From positions 26,164,001 through 26,228,000 of the forward strand of contig OZ365114.1 in the NCBI GenBank assembly GCA_977030845.1: DNA of 64,000 nt, given 5' to 3'. Of this stretch, positions 39,158-53,248 are shown piece after piece; position 1 is the stretch's first letter; each line of letters begins with the position of its first letter. Source of the DNA: Fimbriosthenelais zetlandica (lineage: Eukaryota). The position numbers and the translations under genes were made by a program. Below the pieces are notes generated by a model. The model did not search any database and was not told where the DNA came from. It was given only the letters and a program-made list of their open reading frames with translations.

Positions 39158-42100
39158 GTCAGTGAAATATTTATAAATTCTCTATATAGAGAATTTATAA
39201 ACATTATATAATGTTCTTTTATACTATATTAACCCCCTATTTTAGTGTGGCCCTATGCAATAATGAAGGGATTTTGCTAAACAAATTCTCTATATTTTAC
39301 CACAAATGCGATGCATCATTTGAGGTTTGAAAATGAAACTGAAATGATCGTAAAATCCGCCAGAACACAATGACCTCTGCATGGCTGAAAGTAAACATAA
39401 TGAAATTACCTACAGATATATAGCTGAACGTCAATGTACAATCTTCATAAATCCCAATATGGACAGTTGACCTTTCATAATTGCTAATGGTGAAGATTCT
39501 CAGAGAGGATCTATGCAGCCTCTGAAGGGGTGGTTGATGGCATCAGCCGTTACGATTATAGCTCTCCATATATATATATAGTCGTTGATGGCATGTATAT
39601 CATCATAATATAGGCCTATATACTGATATCTCAGTATTGCTATTTGACGTGCAAAGAGCTCTATTCGACTCCTGTTTTCAATGTGGCTTTATATCGTCGA
39701 CCTAGCAATGTTATTGATATTGATCGGTACCTGAGAATCGTTTGTATTTTAAATCTGTTTCTATAGGTCTTCGGTGCCAGTTTAATTAACAATTAAACAC
39801 TGTACCTCTGTGTTTTGTACTTAATGAAAACTTATAGCTTATCAGTAGTAGGTGTCTATTCGAATCAACCACAAAAATCAACTAAGTCACCGCCTGATTG
39901 GAGTATAAGTCAATTGCCTTCTGGTATCAGAGTTTGTGCCAATCTAGGTCACCTCCGGCAGGGTAAAAAATGGCGGGAAATTACCATGGAAGTGGTGATA
40001 AATCGATGCTGATCCTACCCTAATAAACAGTGTATGGCCGCTCGCTCCCTGGCATAAAGTGCAATTAATGCTATTCAACATTATCACTGCAGCCTATCTA
40101 CCGACTAATTGCCATGAATGGGTTTATCCCCAAATGTTCTAAACATCCTTATCTCTCCTGGATTGATCAACTATTATGAGGTTGTTATATGCCTGTTTTC
40201 CTTCAAATTGACTTCGGGCGGCATTTCTTGATTTGATTCAAGGCTTAACTCCGGTCTTTTATCTTGCAATACTGCTGCCTTGCCACAATTGCATGACTTA
40301 ATGACCTGAGAAACTGTAGGCCTACAGGTTGGCATGCATGGATGGCAAACTCCTCACCATGTTTTCATTTAAGTGTTCTAAATTTGTATAAAGCCAATAG
40401 AACTATTCCTGGGATCTTGGGAAAATGCACCCACACAAATAATGACCAGAATAGTGAGATAAAGTTAGCGGTGGGATCCTGTTGACCCTCAGAAAGTCGT
40501 CTAGCAATATATTACTTTAGGCGGGCAGTCTAGTTGTGTGCTCTTGACATATCAGCATAGCGAACCAACAAATCCTCGGTTTGTTCATGACCTTATGGAA
40601 CACTGCACTCATGGAAATATTGCTTCTCTTTGCCGGGTCAACTTAGCTTACATTACAAAAGCACCGGCAAAGTTAATATGAATGTTTTTGTGGGAGTCGT
40701 GCAGTGATGTTGGCAAACAACTGCATTTCCATGTCTGATATGGTGGTTTATCGCATGAGGAATATATGGCATGCTGCATGGCAGCTGGACTCCTATTGTC
40801 CAATTTCATAGCAAGTCAGAGTACATGATAATATGACTAATTGGAAGCACAAAAGCATGTGCTTCTTGCTATGCATTGCCTTTCCTCCTATAGGAATGTT
40901 GGAATTGTTCACTGAGGTATCAGAAGAACAAAGGAATGAGCCCGTGATATGGAAGGATCAAAGCAGAGAAAGAATCTTGATTATGCTATTGATTTTCCAT
41001 GAACGACAAAAAAGATATGGCTTCTTCCATCTCGTTACTCGGCCCTTCTGTTGTATCTCAAGGTTGTTTGTGCCGCGCACACTTTATATCAATGCGTGTT
41101 AAGAAATACATTAATCGTGTATTCAGATTTCTCGCCAAGCGAGATCTACGTCATGATATCGCGAGAAGTGAACGTGATCTTGCAGTGGCCACACCAGCTC
41201 TTATGTAGCCAAAATCCTCGTACTCAATGCAACGTGTCAAGGAAAAGTAATGAACAGCCAGAACAAATGGTCCAAAACCAGCCGATAACTGAAAGAAAAA
41301 TGATGTTTTTTGTGGAGATAGACATCCCAGGAGGACCGCGCATTGGAATGCATGATGTTGCAGGGCTTACACATTGGGCAGCTCAGTCCCGAGGGATGCT
41401 GGAGGATGGTGATAAGAAACAAGAGTCATTAACACCTGTTAAGCTCAGGCCTATTCTTAATTATTGTATTTTAATTAATCTCTTCCCCACTTGACTAGTC
41501 GCTAGCTGTAATGCTTGGCTTACCAGGCTCAGTTGATGGGTGCATGGGCGGCCAAGTTAAGTCATGAGCCTCCATTACAATGATATGCTATTTATCAGCT
41601 TCAAAACAATAGAGAAAGCTGCCGCTGACTACTTCCAGAGTAGAAGCATGGAAGGGGGAAATTAGGCTCTCTCCTGGGGTGAATAGAAAGTGATTGGTGA
41701 ATCTAATGCCCCACTTGAATGCACACGCCCATGACACACTTTTTTCTATTGTGGCTGTTGACAAAAGAAAGTATAAAGTACAAGTTGCTAATTGATTGGA
41801 GAGGAACTTGAACAAGTTCATTGTGATTGTGCAAACTGTGGTTAGTCCATTCAAAATTGAATGAAATATAAGAATGAATCTTAGATAACCATGAAAATAT
41901 TTAGACATTGTCGAGGTACTATCTTGTCTATGTGCTCGCTTAAATTTCCCTGGGTAATAATAAAGGATTCATATAATCCAAATTGCAAATATTCCAGACA
42001 AAGTTAATAAAGTAATTCAATGTATTCATACTGAGAAACTGGCCCTTGATGACAAACATTGAGAATTACAGTCGTTTTCCCATTTCATAAAAAGGGACAC

Positions 42101-45100
42101 AGCCTCTTCATTGCCCATCCAAAATCATTGGGCGGAATATTTGCAAACAAGAGAAGTGTAACAAGTCTAATAATAATACCAAACAAGGAGCCGAGCATGT
42201 TGCAATGAATCAAATTTCCGCGCCTACATGATGTGAATGGCATTCATCATTGCCGTGGCTGATGGGGCTGCGGACCCTAGATTGTACGGGTTGTGAAGGA
42301 GCATGATTATAACCATGTTTACACTCACTTGGATGAGTAGGAGGCACTGGTCAGTTCTACATGTTAAAACAAGACATGGCAATCAGCTCTATGAAGTATT
42401 TTTGTCATATCAGTAAGTATTCTACGACAAGTATATGTATACCACATCACTTGCCACTAAATAAACATGTCATGGGCTATTTTAGACAATAAGGGTGTGG
42501 TTTCCATATTGGTCTGAATAGTGAGAAGGCCCGGAGAAGGCCCCACGGGAATATCAGGAACTTCCCACATCTCCTGAAATCTACTCCTTAAATGGCCAGA
42601 AAGACAAGATGAATGTTTGGTGATAGCCACTATATGGCCATCCCAGTTTGTAGGTGGTATTTTTTTTCTTGAGTTCCGTATGCATAATGTAACATGTAAA
42701 CCTATTACTGGGGCATTACGCCCCACCACGCATATGCTAATGCGGGGGGATTTGGACTCCTCCGTCTGCAATGTTACATTCCATCAATTCACTCTGACAT
42801 GACTCACTTCCCTCCTTTAATCCAATTAGTTTCACCCATCCCCCTTGATTTTCTCAGACTACTTGCCTATCTTAATGAATCCACAACTCTAAGAACCTTC
42901 AGAGTTGTGGATTTGAGGTGCGCAGTAGAAATTAGGGGAAGGATTATGTACTGGCTAAAATTGAGTTCATTTCATTACTATAACATCCAAGTGTATTCCC
43001 GAACAGGATTTTCATGTATAATAATTGAAAAATACCCATGCCCTTCTTGTAAATCATTGAGCTTTTGCCCGAAAATATTCATCAAGTTCTCGGCAGTTGA
43101 GAACTAGATATATTTCATATAGGCTAGATATATCTCATATAGTTAAAAAGGCAAAAAAGAGAAAGCTAAAGCCCCACATCAGCAGCCTCGTGATCAAGTG
43201 TACACCTTTCTCCCCTGTTGCTGTTCTCCGCCTATTTCCCCACATTAAACTAGACAATTCCCCGAGAAGTAGCGATACTTCCTCTCCCTGTCCCTATCAC
43301 GCATGCGCCGCCACCATTGGCTTCCCCTCCCACAAGGCAATGCGCCTTCCTGCCTCGCCGGAAGCTTGACAATGACCTCGCACTTGAGGCTTGCGTGATG
43401 CGTCGCCAGCTTGGTCTGCAGCTTTGCATGATGCGACAGTCGCCAACATTGGTGTTTTAATTGGCTGTCGTCGGCCTTCACAATCATTTCATTAGCTACG
43501 TCAGCCTGGCCCCGACTCCTCCTCGTTCCTCCTCTCGCTTCCGTTTTCTCTTGTGTCCCATCCCCTCCTTGTGAGAAACCAGTTTGTCTCTTGAGCGAAG
43601 ATTCAAGTCACAACATCATCGGCGTATATAGGCAACCTTCTGAACATGCCCTGACTTTATGGTTTCTTTAAATTATCACTTAACAATTTCCATTTAATTA
43701 TTGGTAAGCATTCCCTTCATTGTAACCATTTTAAGAATCCCCCATGAATTAGAGTTTGGAGATAGGTCCCATCCTTCCGTCAGGTGCGGATATTCCGCCT
43801 TGTGGTTCATTCTAAGTGCTTCCTGTCTCTGACAACTGCTTTTAAGGTAAAGTTGAGATGAACAGGTTAAGAGATTGAGCTCATCCTGCATGAACACTGA
43901 CTAGATGAGTGCTTCTATACGCCCGCTCACTAACTCACCCACAATCCTCCTCAAATCACGATTTATCCCGCAATAAATTGACCAGAAAATATCTACACAC
44001 ATGGCCCTCCCTGTATGCCCCTCACTAGATTTCCCCGTCCTCGTCGCCGGGCTCGCGATCTGGGAGAGGCAGCGATTCATATCCATAAAGTAGTACAAAA
44101 GGATCGCTTTTAGATCCCTGAGCCTATAGTTCCCTCCTGAGTGGCACAGGGGATTGGATCACGCGAACATACTTCAGGAACTACAAGCGAGACGTGGGTA
44201 CTTATAGGGCCCCATATAGATCTATATACAACATCCAGCTTCACTATAGAACTGGTTTGTTTTTAGTCTGCTATACAAACTTTAGCCATACATCCCAACT
44301 GATGATCTATTTTGAAAGAGTTTTCTATTGCTTTATAGCATCAACCTAGACTTTTATATCCCTCCTTTGTCCTTATCAGTTTGAACGATTATCCAGATCT
44401 ATCTTGAAAATAGTTTCAGTACTCGAGAGATGTAATCTTCATAATCCTCTGCACCCTTTGCCATTTTCTTATGGTGGAGGATTTTGTTTTATCCGATCAT
44501 CATAATATTATATCAGTGTTTTAAGGGGGAGGTTTGAGGGTGTAGTGTTATCAATAGGTCTTCATCCACTCCTTGTTTCTCTCTATCAAGTCCTCATAAG
44601 GAGATAATAAAGTAGTGTAGGATGGTGAATATTTCTATTAAGGAGATCGGGCATGTAATGCCTCTACCTCTTAATACGAGTCACTCTCTCCGTCTCTCGC
44701 CGGTTCTGGTGTTCTAGCCAATCATGATCCATCATGTAGCCTACGCCTTTCCCCTCATGTTTTAATGTGTTAACATCAACTCTCATAACTTGTTACTCCT
44801 TCCATAAATGGCCAATGTTTCCTGCTTTCCACGCCAGATGGGAGCTGTTGCTTCATTTGTCATAACCAGGATGGATAACCTGCGTGTTAGGAAGCTGCTT
44901 CCCTCAGCTAAATTAATGAGATAAGACGTCCATTTTCATCCCAATAACTTGCTTCACTATTGGCAAATTGTATAGTATGGAGTATACTTATAACAGATAC
45001 TTATACCAGTCTCCTGCTACAATCAGGTTCCTCCTTCCATGTAAACCCGAAGGATCTGGTATCGTTTTAATGAATTTGTAAAATGGCGCTCTCATGTCTG

Positions 45101-47843
45101 AGCTCATGGAGGCGCTATAGGGTGGCATTTTGCTCTTTCCCCTCACGTAAACCCACCCTGATGGATTGGACGATGGTCGGCTGATAAATACTATGCCGAA
45201 ACCTACATTCATGAATTTAATTAAACTATCTTCAATTTTCCTCAGGCAGACCCAACTGCCCCATGAGGGCTTAGGACAGGATCATTTTGTCCCAGCACTT
45301 CCACATGTTATCTCCCATAGCACAAGCCATTGATCAGCGCCTGTCATATATTTGACGAATCAGTTTGAGAATAAATGTTATCTAAATCCCTCTCACACTG
45401 AAAATGAAGGAGAAGGCTGGATTTTGGGGTGATGAATGAGAGATGTACGATTTTTGAGACTCACATATAGATATTGTCTACTTGAAGATGACAAGAGTCA
45501 GAAGTCGAGCTGATATATTTTATCGTATCATCTCTCTGTTCATGGTGTTCAATATTATCGATTAGAAGAGAGATTGAGGTCATGGAAAGCTAGCACCTCC
45601 TCCCTACAGACCTACTATTGTCTTTTGTACAAGGTCTATTAGATATTGATGTAGGGGGTAATTGGATGGTCTGTATTTGATTCAAGGTGACCCACTGGTG
45701 AGCGAAGGGCTATATTGAACAACTCTGTTCTAAAAGTAAAATATATAGAAAATATGTTACATTGAGAATGGCATTGGACTCAGTGACAAATTCTTTTCGC
45801 AACTGCAATTCAAAAACTGATTTATAATGGCCTAAATGTGGACATTATTATATGTGCCTGCGCTTTGTCTTACTTGGAAATTGTCACTACAGATGCTTTT
45901 TCAATTGCCTGAGAATGTCTCTTTCGAAATACATTCATCACATATTTTAGCACAACATCAAATATAAGTTATGCCTCTGTTCAATCGCTTAAAGGAGCAA
46001 CACAAAAGCTTTGAGCTTTCTTTGATCGTCTTTCTAATCACATTCTGATATTCTATAGTTCACGATCTCTGACCAGATCCTTTGCTTTCAAAGTACCCCC
46101 AACCTCGAAAGTTTATTGTCTCGCCAAAGTTTTCCCAGGGCTGGGTATATAATCCGCCTGTGTCTTAAGATAATTTCTGAAGAATTCCAAGGAAGGGTGG
46201 AAAAGGTAGTAAAATCTTAGTTTGTGATTTTAGGGGTGGGAGTATGTACGGATCCTAGCACCCCCTGACTGCATATACAAGCCCAATTTATGCTGGCCTT
46301 CAGGAGGCTGAATCGGACGGTATGTTTGATCTCATAGTTCCCAGCACTCATGGAATTTCGTCAACATGTCTGGGAAAATAAAGTATAGAAATCTAACTTA
46401 GTGTTTTTAAAGCAAAGAAATATGAGGAATTTGAAAATTAGATAGGGAAAAGTACCCACCCACCCCCTGCCTGGTGGCTGTCTTTTGATAGCCCCAGCCA
46501 CCGCCGGATCGTCTCCACATGGGAGGGGTAGTGTTCATGGCACACGAGGGTGACTGACAAAATAATCACCAAGTTGAAACGCTTCCCTCTAACTCACTGA
46601 AACGATACCAGGTGGTACGGATGATCCCCACCACATGTTGATCTCACCAGAGTTGCTTCTCAAAGTCAACAGATGACTTTAAAAACATCACTGCTTCTTT
46701 TGTCGCCTCGGTTGAAGGTTTCTGGTCTAAAATGTCCTTTGTGAAGACACCAATTTCCTTTGGAGGACCTCCTGGAATATGATCCATACGAATGGAAAAT
46801 GAATGGAAGACTATTTTTCTGTAGAGAGAGCGCTATATGTGTACAGCTAGGAAGTCATATTATTAGTCAGACGTCATTTAGGATGATCAGAAGCTAAAAC
46901 TGAGTTGGTAACACATGTTCTGATAAAATATTCCCGTAAACCCAGCCAGTTTACTCTCATATCACAGTCATGTATGTATTACCAATGCTAAGGGGTTACA
47001 TGCATGCAACCCATTACCCTAGGGATACTTTTTGTCAAAATCTTCCCTGATCCTTCATTTACTTTCACATTATTCTCACCAAAGGTCATTTTAATGTGGC
47101 ATATATCTGAATGTCTCATGTATTTTTAAGTGCCCAGTAGCCCCATGTCACCCACACATATCCTCTAACAGTTGAAGGTTAATTAATTGAGCCAGTGACG
47201 GGTATTTACATGCAGAATTTGTCAGGCATGGTTTGTTTATTTTGACCCTAACAACCCACCGCCAACAAACACCTCATGTTTATTGCTTTACCGCCCTCTG
47301 GTTTGTTGTGAAAACGCCCTTCTCTGCACCTGGGAGTCGTAGTGTGATCGCATCTCCTCCTTCATATGCTCAACACCAGATGGTGTATCATTCAATGACC
47401 TCCATTTCTTTACTGGATGTCAATTGGAGCTTGATTTCAATTCAGCCTCATCCTATGTTGTACAAAATTACAATCTTAATAAGTATTTTGATCAGTGTAT
47501 TATACTGATTGGCAAAGACAGGAGTTAGTCAGCATTTGTACCTTTCCGTTTTTGCAGCATTCATTTGAAATACTTTGAGGCCTAACTTAAATATCGTCCC
47601 AGTTGTCTAGTATATTTAGTTGGGTTCCTGGGTTGGGTTTGAATCTTTTATTTGAAACTGACGAGATTCAGAATACATTTTACATCGTGACTTGCAATTT
47701 TCTGTCCTTCCTGAATACATCAATAGTAACGTTTGATACAGTCAAGGCCAGGTGGGTGGGATGTATTGAAGGGTATCATTCTGTTTGACATAGCTAAGCC
47801 AGCAGGATTCTCATGTCTCCTTTCATGTCCTCTTTGTTGGCAG

Positions 47844-48028
47844 GTGTTCCAGACATCCCCAGTGTCCTGGAGATTAGAGAACGCTCTAAGGGTGGGTCAG
47901 TGGAGTTGACTTGGTCCCAGGTCTATATGAACTTCTCAGCACCGCTGCTCTACATGGTGCAGCACCGCTGGAATGTGGGAAGGCACCACTCAGAGCACCA
48001 CATGACACAATGGCATCAAGTGTCTCAG
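47844..48028 (+). CDS. ANOS1: Anosmin-1 exon, FN3-1 N-terminal half: GVPDIPSVLEIRERSKGGSVELTWSQVYMNFSAPLLYMVQHRWNVGRHHSEHHMTQWHQVSQ
   Basis: Acceptor ctttgttggcag, donor CAG|gtaagc, 185 nt, phase 1-0; aligns to human GVPLKP...[26 protein letters not shown]. Confidence 0.97.
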
Positions 48029-51000
48029 GTAAGCCAGAAATTCTCTTCAATATCTTTTTTCCAAAACTTTCAACTTAGGTTAATATAATAAACTAAAGGT
48101 AGGACTCAACTGCTGCGACAGTTCTTGGACCACCATAAGGCCTTAGACACTTCAAATGAAATTTATTAAATGCTGTAATATTTCTTGAATATTATATTTC
48201 TAGACTAGAAAAGAGAATGACATTGCACTGTGTCTTTTATATTATACATTTCATCTTCATTCCAAATGGTTGTTGAGGAGTTGAAATGTTATTGATGTAA
48301 AGGACGCCTTTACATCAAAAGCACCTTTGTTAGAGCCATACACGAGTAAGATGTATCCGCCTATGACCCCTGAGAATATTTACATGATCGGTACAAGTAT
48401 TCAAGTTGTTTCCCCAAACACCACACCCTCTCCCACCCCGCTTTTCTTCCAACATGAATGAATTGCCATGCATCTTTTCATCACTTCTTCACTTAGCCAA
48501 GCTTTTATGTCTACCGCCTATGGAAATGAGTACAGGTGATGCCATGGAAATGACGGATCAATATGCAAAAGATCACCAGCCAAGTGTCATACGGCACCGA
48601 TTGGTCCATTGCTGGACCAATAAAAATAATGGCAAGAGAGCGGCTGCGGACCTGTTCCTCTATCAAATGAGGCTGGCGGTGGGGCTGCACATATTTCAGG
48701 TGGTAATGAGAAGGGACAGGTGGGGGAGCCATGATACATGCCTCTACCATGTATATTCATGAAACTCCCGGCCATGGCTACCATCTCGCTGATGAGCCCT
48801 GTGCCATTTCATTCTCCTCCCCTCGTCCCATGACTAAGAGTCTGGGCCAAGGAAACTCATTACAATCCATAGAAAGATTGCAGGGAAACAGACTTCTTGT
48901 GGCTTGGCAAATATTCCTGTCAGCCCTAATGATGTTAAAAGAAGCAACTCTCTCAGCTTTTTGGTCGGGAATAAATTTGATTGCAGCGTTTCGGTGTTTA
49001 TCATCGTGTTGGGTGTTGTCATAACAGCAACATGAATTTCTGAAAGGCATGATAAAACAATTCTGAAATAAGCTCAAAGCTATTGATAATGGTTGATTTT
49101 TCAATATACAGCTTGTCATATATTCAATCAGCAAGGGAGAGTGAGAGGGTGTTAATGGTCGGGGATGTTTGGTGGGATGGGCTGATGATTTGCTTTATGG
49201 CCGCTTTGGGGAGTATATACTGGTAGTTTGGTGGGTAGATGACAGCCCGGTTATTGTTCATCTTTAGATACCAGCTGCGGATGATGTTCTCTGGCACGTT
49301 TAATGAGTTACTTACATGAGCAGATGCTCAACAGCTCACTCCATGAAGGTCAACTCACCAAAAATGGAATGATATATGTGAGGGTATAGAGTAACTGCAG
49401 GTGCCTGACTATATGGCGGCATTATTCTGCCATTATGCCATATACCGTCTATACTCTCTGGCTGAATAAAGGGTATAGGCAGATGTTTCTACAGTAGAGT
49501 AGGAATTGCATTGGTAAAAATTGTATTCTGCATTCATTGAAAGCGAAAAGGTTCGGGAGATTACTGCATTGTATTTGTGTATTGTCCACAAAACAATATT
49601 CAAATGTTCTGTAATTTATATGGTCAAGTTTAAGCTGTGTTCTGGTCTTAGTACAAAAATGGTTTGGTTTGTATCTTAGATTTTGATTTATGATTGAATA
49701 ATGTGCTGATTGCTTCTATGAGAACAATGCTCATAATCCTCTGGAATGCCTTGTCAGATTAAGTTTAGGAATGGCAGCTGGAAATGGTAAGGAGTAATGA
49801 CCATTTGGTGAGGAGGGTCAAAGAGAGGCATATAGATGTAAAAGAATGGAACGACTGAGATTTGGTTGTCTTCTAATTTGGTAATTTGTATCTGAGGTAT
49901 TGTTTTAGCTCCTCATAAAAGGCAAGCAACAAAATAGCCAAGGCAGATGTGCTGACAGTACATGGTTCTGTAAATCAAGATGGAAACTGCCGAAAGACAT
50001 TGGACAACGCCTCCCTGATACATAATGTCCGACAGTGTTGAACCACATAACAATTCCATAGATCATATTATATTGGAACTGTAAAAAATCATACATGTAT
50101 TTGCAACCAGAGTCTGTCGCTTTCCTTCGGAAAAAGGCTCTGCAAAAATTTGGAATATTTCATTCCGCAGTTATTGTAGTGCGTTTCCAAGGCTTTCCAA
50201 GTCCTGCTCTCACTGCAGCTGTTAGATGGTTACCATATGAGCTGTCTGCTATATGTAGGAGGTGTGTACTGGTAAAGTAATGGCCATTGGGTAACCTTTC
50301 AATTTAGATCTTGATGTACCGAGATGAAGCCCAGTCTGCCCTGCCATAAAAGGGTTTCAATTTTCAGCCTGTCTGAGGGTTTTGTTGGCAAATTGATAGA
50401 TTGCCACATGAGGTGGGAGCACCATTTCCCGATAACAGGATAAGGATCCTGGCGCGGGCTCTCAGCACATGCTTGACATGCAATCTGTTTAATTCATTGA
50501 AATCTGACATGAATCACCGGGAGGACTCCTTGCAGATCATCATCCTGTGTAGCTTTCTCTGGTTGGCCAGCCATCCTGCATGTTTCTATACTTCCGAAAG
50601 AATTAATGGGAGAAATGGCTGTATTGCCCGTGCTAAAGAAATCCAAGACATAAATCTGATACAGGGTCATTTAACTGGCACAATGCAGATGGTGGAACTG
50701 TGCATCCGTGTGATAGATTCTTAGCTTGTGGCTTACCACTGAAGATGTAAACGACAGTCATGTAACAATCAGACTCATTCACCATCCATTGGGTCATTGG
50801 CACATCTTTGTGAAAGCGAGCCATAACTTGACTGGTGGACCGGGTGGTGAATGCTTTGTAGCGTCTGGCCACAATACACTGGGTGATAATACCCATGTTT
50901 GCAGCTCTTTCCTCTATTCAGCCCAGTGGCACCATTCATCCCTGACAAATGCTACTTAATCATGGTTTACTACGCCGTCTCTCACGTTTGATTCAATGAC

Positions 51001-53118
51001 ATTTGTTTGAGGATTGTGTGAGTGATTCTGTTTGGCTGCATATCGGTGCTGTGCAGGGGGCGCCTTTCAGCAAATTCTCTCCCCGGCTGGTCGACCATGT
51101 GAGCTCTGAGAACAAACACCACCAGCCCATGGGGAGTTTGCCTCTTGGTATACCCACTGACAAATCTAGGAGATTAAGAGTACAAAACCTGATTGCTAGC
51201 ACAGTATAAAACACTTAATCATGTTAAGCCTCAAGCTTGAGTCGGAGCATTAAATGGATCTATACCATAGTTGGTCGTCTAAGCTCCATATATACTAGTG
51301 TGAATGGCTGGATCACACCTAATATACACACCTCTAATCTGAGCATTCATTGAAGACCACTCACAGGGTGGTTTACACTGGAGACAGGCAGTTGTGAGCA
51401 AAGTCTAGATTTGCTGCGACCAACTCCCCTTAATCCGTCAAGGAGCTATCTGTCTGGTCATAGATTAACACTTGACTGGTGTGGTGGAGCTCGCCGGTGT
51501 CAGATAACCAATATGTTCACATGCTGACTGATGTTTCATGGCATGGCTTATTGCGGAATATTTGCTTGAGATTTGCTCCAAGTACTATTGGAGCTAGAAC
51601 CTCCCACCCCCAACCCATATCCAGACTCCATCTCACGTTCAAAGGATACTTTTTAGAAATATTTAAATATAATATTACATTTTAATTGTTAGGAATATTC
51701 ATCATTATTTTGTGCTGTACTACGACTGTGAAGTTGTTGCCAGTAGATGATGAGGATCACTGCCAAAGCAGAAGGTCAGGAAGTGCTGCACCATTTGATG
51801 GCTGTGTGAAGTCAATGTTTTACCGCAACACTTTTGATGACTTGCCACAAATGTTCTTTTTAAGCTACCTTGATCAGTTTAATGACAGAGTCTAAAAATT
51901 GAACGATCAAACAGTTTCATATTGATGCTAACTTTTTGCTGCTGAGATAAGGAAAACACTAGCACCTCTGAACTTCTGTACTTTTCCAACTTCATGAGGC
52001 ATATTCCTTACCAACAATGCTTCTTCCATCTAGACCCTGGGTATATTTCTGGTCAATAGGCAAAAAGCCCTTTTATGCACATGCTTCAACCCTCATAACT
52101 CCACCCTCAAAAGCATATATACTTCGTTCCCACTTTTTCCAAAAGACATTTAGAATAATTAATCCCATATGGGTTTTAGGTCCTTTGCTTCAGCACTTCC
52201 CCTGCACATTGAAATTGTGTTTGTCCCTCCGGAGACAACGGCGTAATTGCAGCGAACGGGGACTGCCAACCGGAAGTGGGAATATCAGCGGAAGTGGAGA
52301 CATTATCTGAGGCCTTAACAACGGTTTTCTTATAATGCACGTTGTCAGGGACGATTAGTGCCTTGGCACGGCCACCATTAGCCACATGGTCCACTAGAAA
52401 AGCAGCTCTATATACCAGGGAGACTGCAGCCCCCGACAGTCCCATCATTATCACCGCCAAAAGCTGTTGATAAGCCATTTATCCCAGAGGCTTGCTTTTT
52501 GTAGAAGCAGTGATTTGCTTATCTATTTACCAATCGAGGTGTGCTGCAAAGTCCATTAGTGGCGATTCCACTCTTTGAAAGCTTATTGCAAGTACCGAGC
52601 TACCATTACCAACTGGGATTTAAGTCTTCTGGCCTAGGATGGCACCAAATTAACTGTGTCAATTTAGTCAGAAACTTTTGAATTGAAATTGCATGTCAAG
52701 TTAACTGAATAAAAGGAGGGAATTTGGTGAATATTTCTGTCCTAGTTAAGCTGATGGGTGGTTGAATGACGTGAAAGTTATGAGCACTAGAATCTGCCAT
52801 GCAGTATAATTTGATGAATTTGTCAAAATATTATTCGACTCTTGCTTTGATGCCTATTGAACTCCTCCAATCTATTGCAAGTATCAAAATCTCTCCAACT
52901 TGAAATCTGTGTCAGATTTAATTCGGTATCTAGTGCCCAATTCATCTACACATTTTGAATTGGGAGAGGATCTTATAAATCTTCCCTCATGAACAGCACC
53001 TTTCATTTATGCCACTCATGCTGCTAGTCTCAGCATTCGATTCTTTTCCTACCTGTATTAAATTATTATGCAATAACTCGTAAATTAATTAATTATTATT
53101 TGATTGACTATATTCCAG

Positions 53119-53248
53119 ACGACGCAGACCTCTACCGTACTAAGAGATGTAGGGCCCGGTCGATGGTACGAGTTTCGAGTCAGTGCCGTGTCGGTGAACG
53201 GAAGCCAGGGTTTCTCGGAGCCCTCAAACCCATTCAAAGTCTCCAAAG
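53119..53248 (+). CDS. ANOS1: Anosmin-1 exon, FN3-1 C-terminal half: TTQTSTVLRDVGPGRWYEFRVSAVSVNGSQGFSEPSNPFKVSK
   Basis: Acceptor tatattccag, donor AAG|gtaagt, 130 nt, phase 0-1; aligns to human [43 protein letters not shown]. Confidence 0.97.

Noticed and set aside
41051-41494. Longest ORF in the track (147 aa)
   Set aside because: It starts at TTG, shows no recognisable domain, and does not fit the anosmin exon chain. One ORF of this length is unremarkable in 64 kb x 6 frames.
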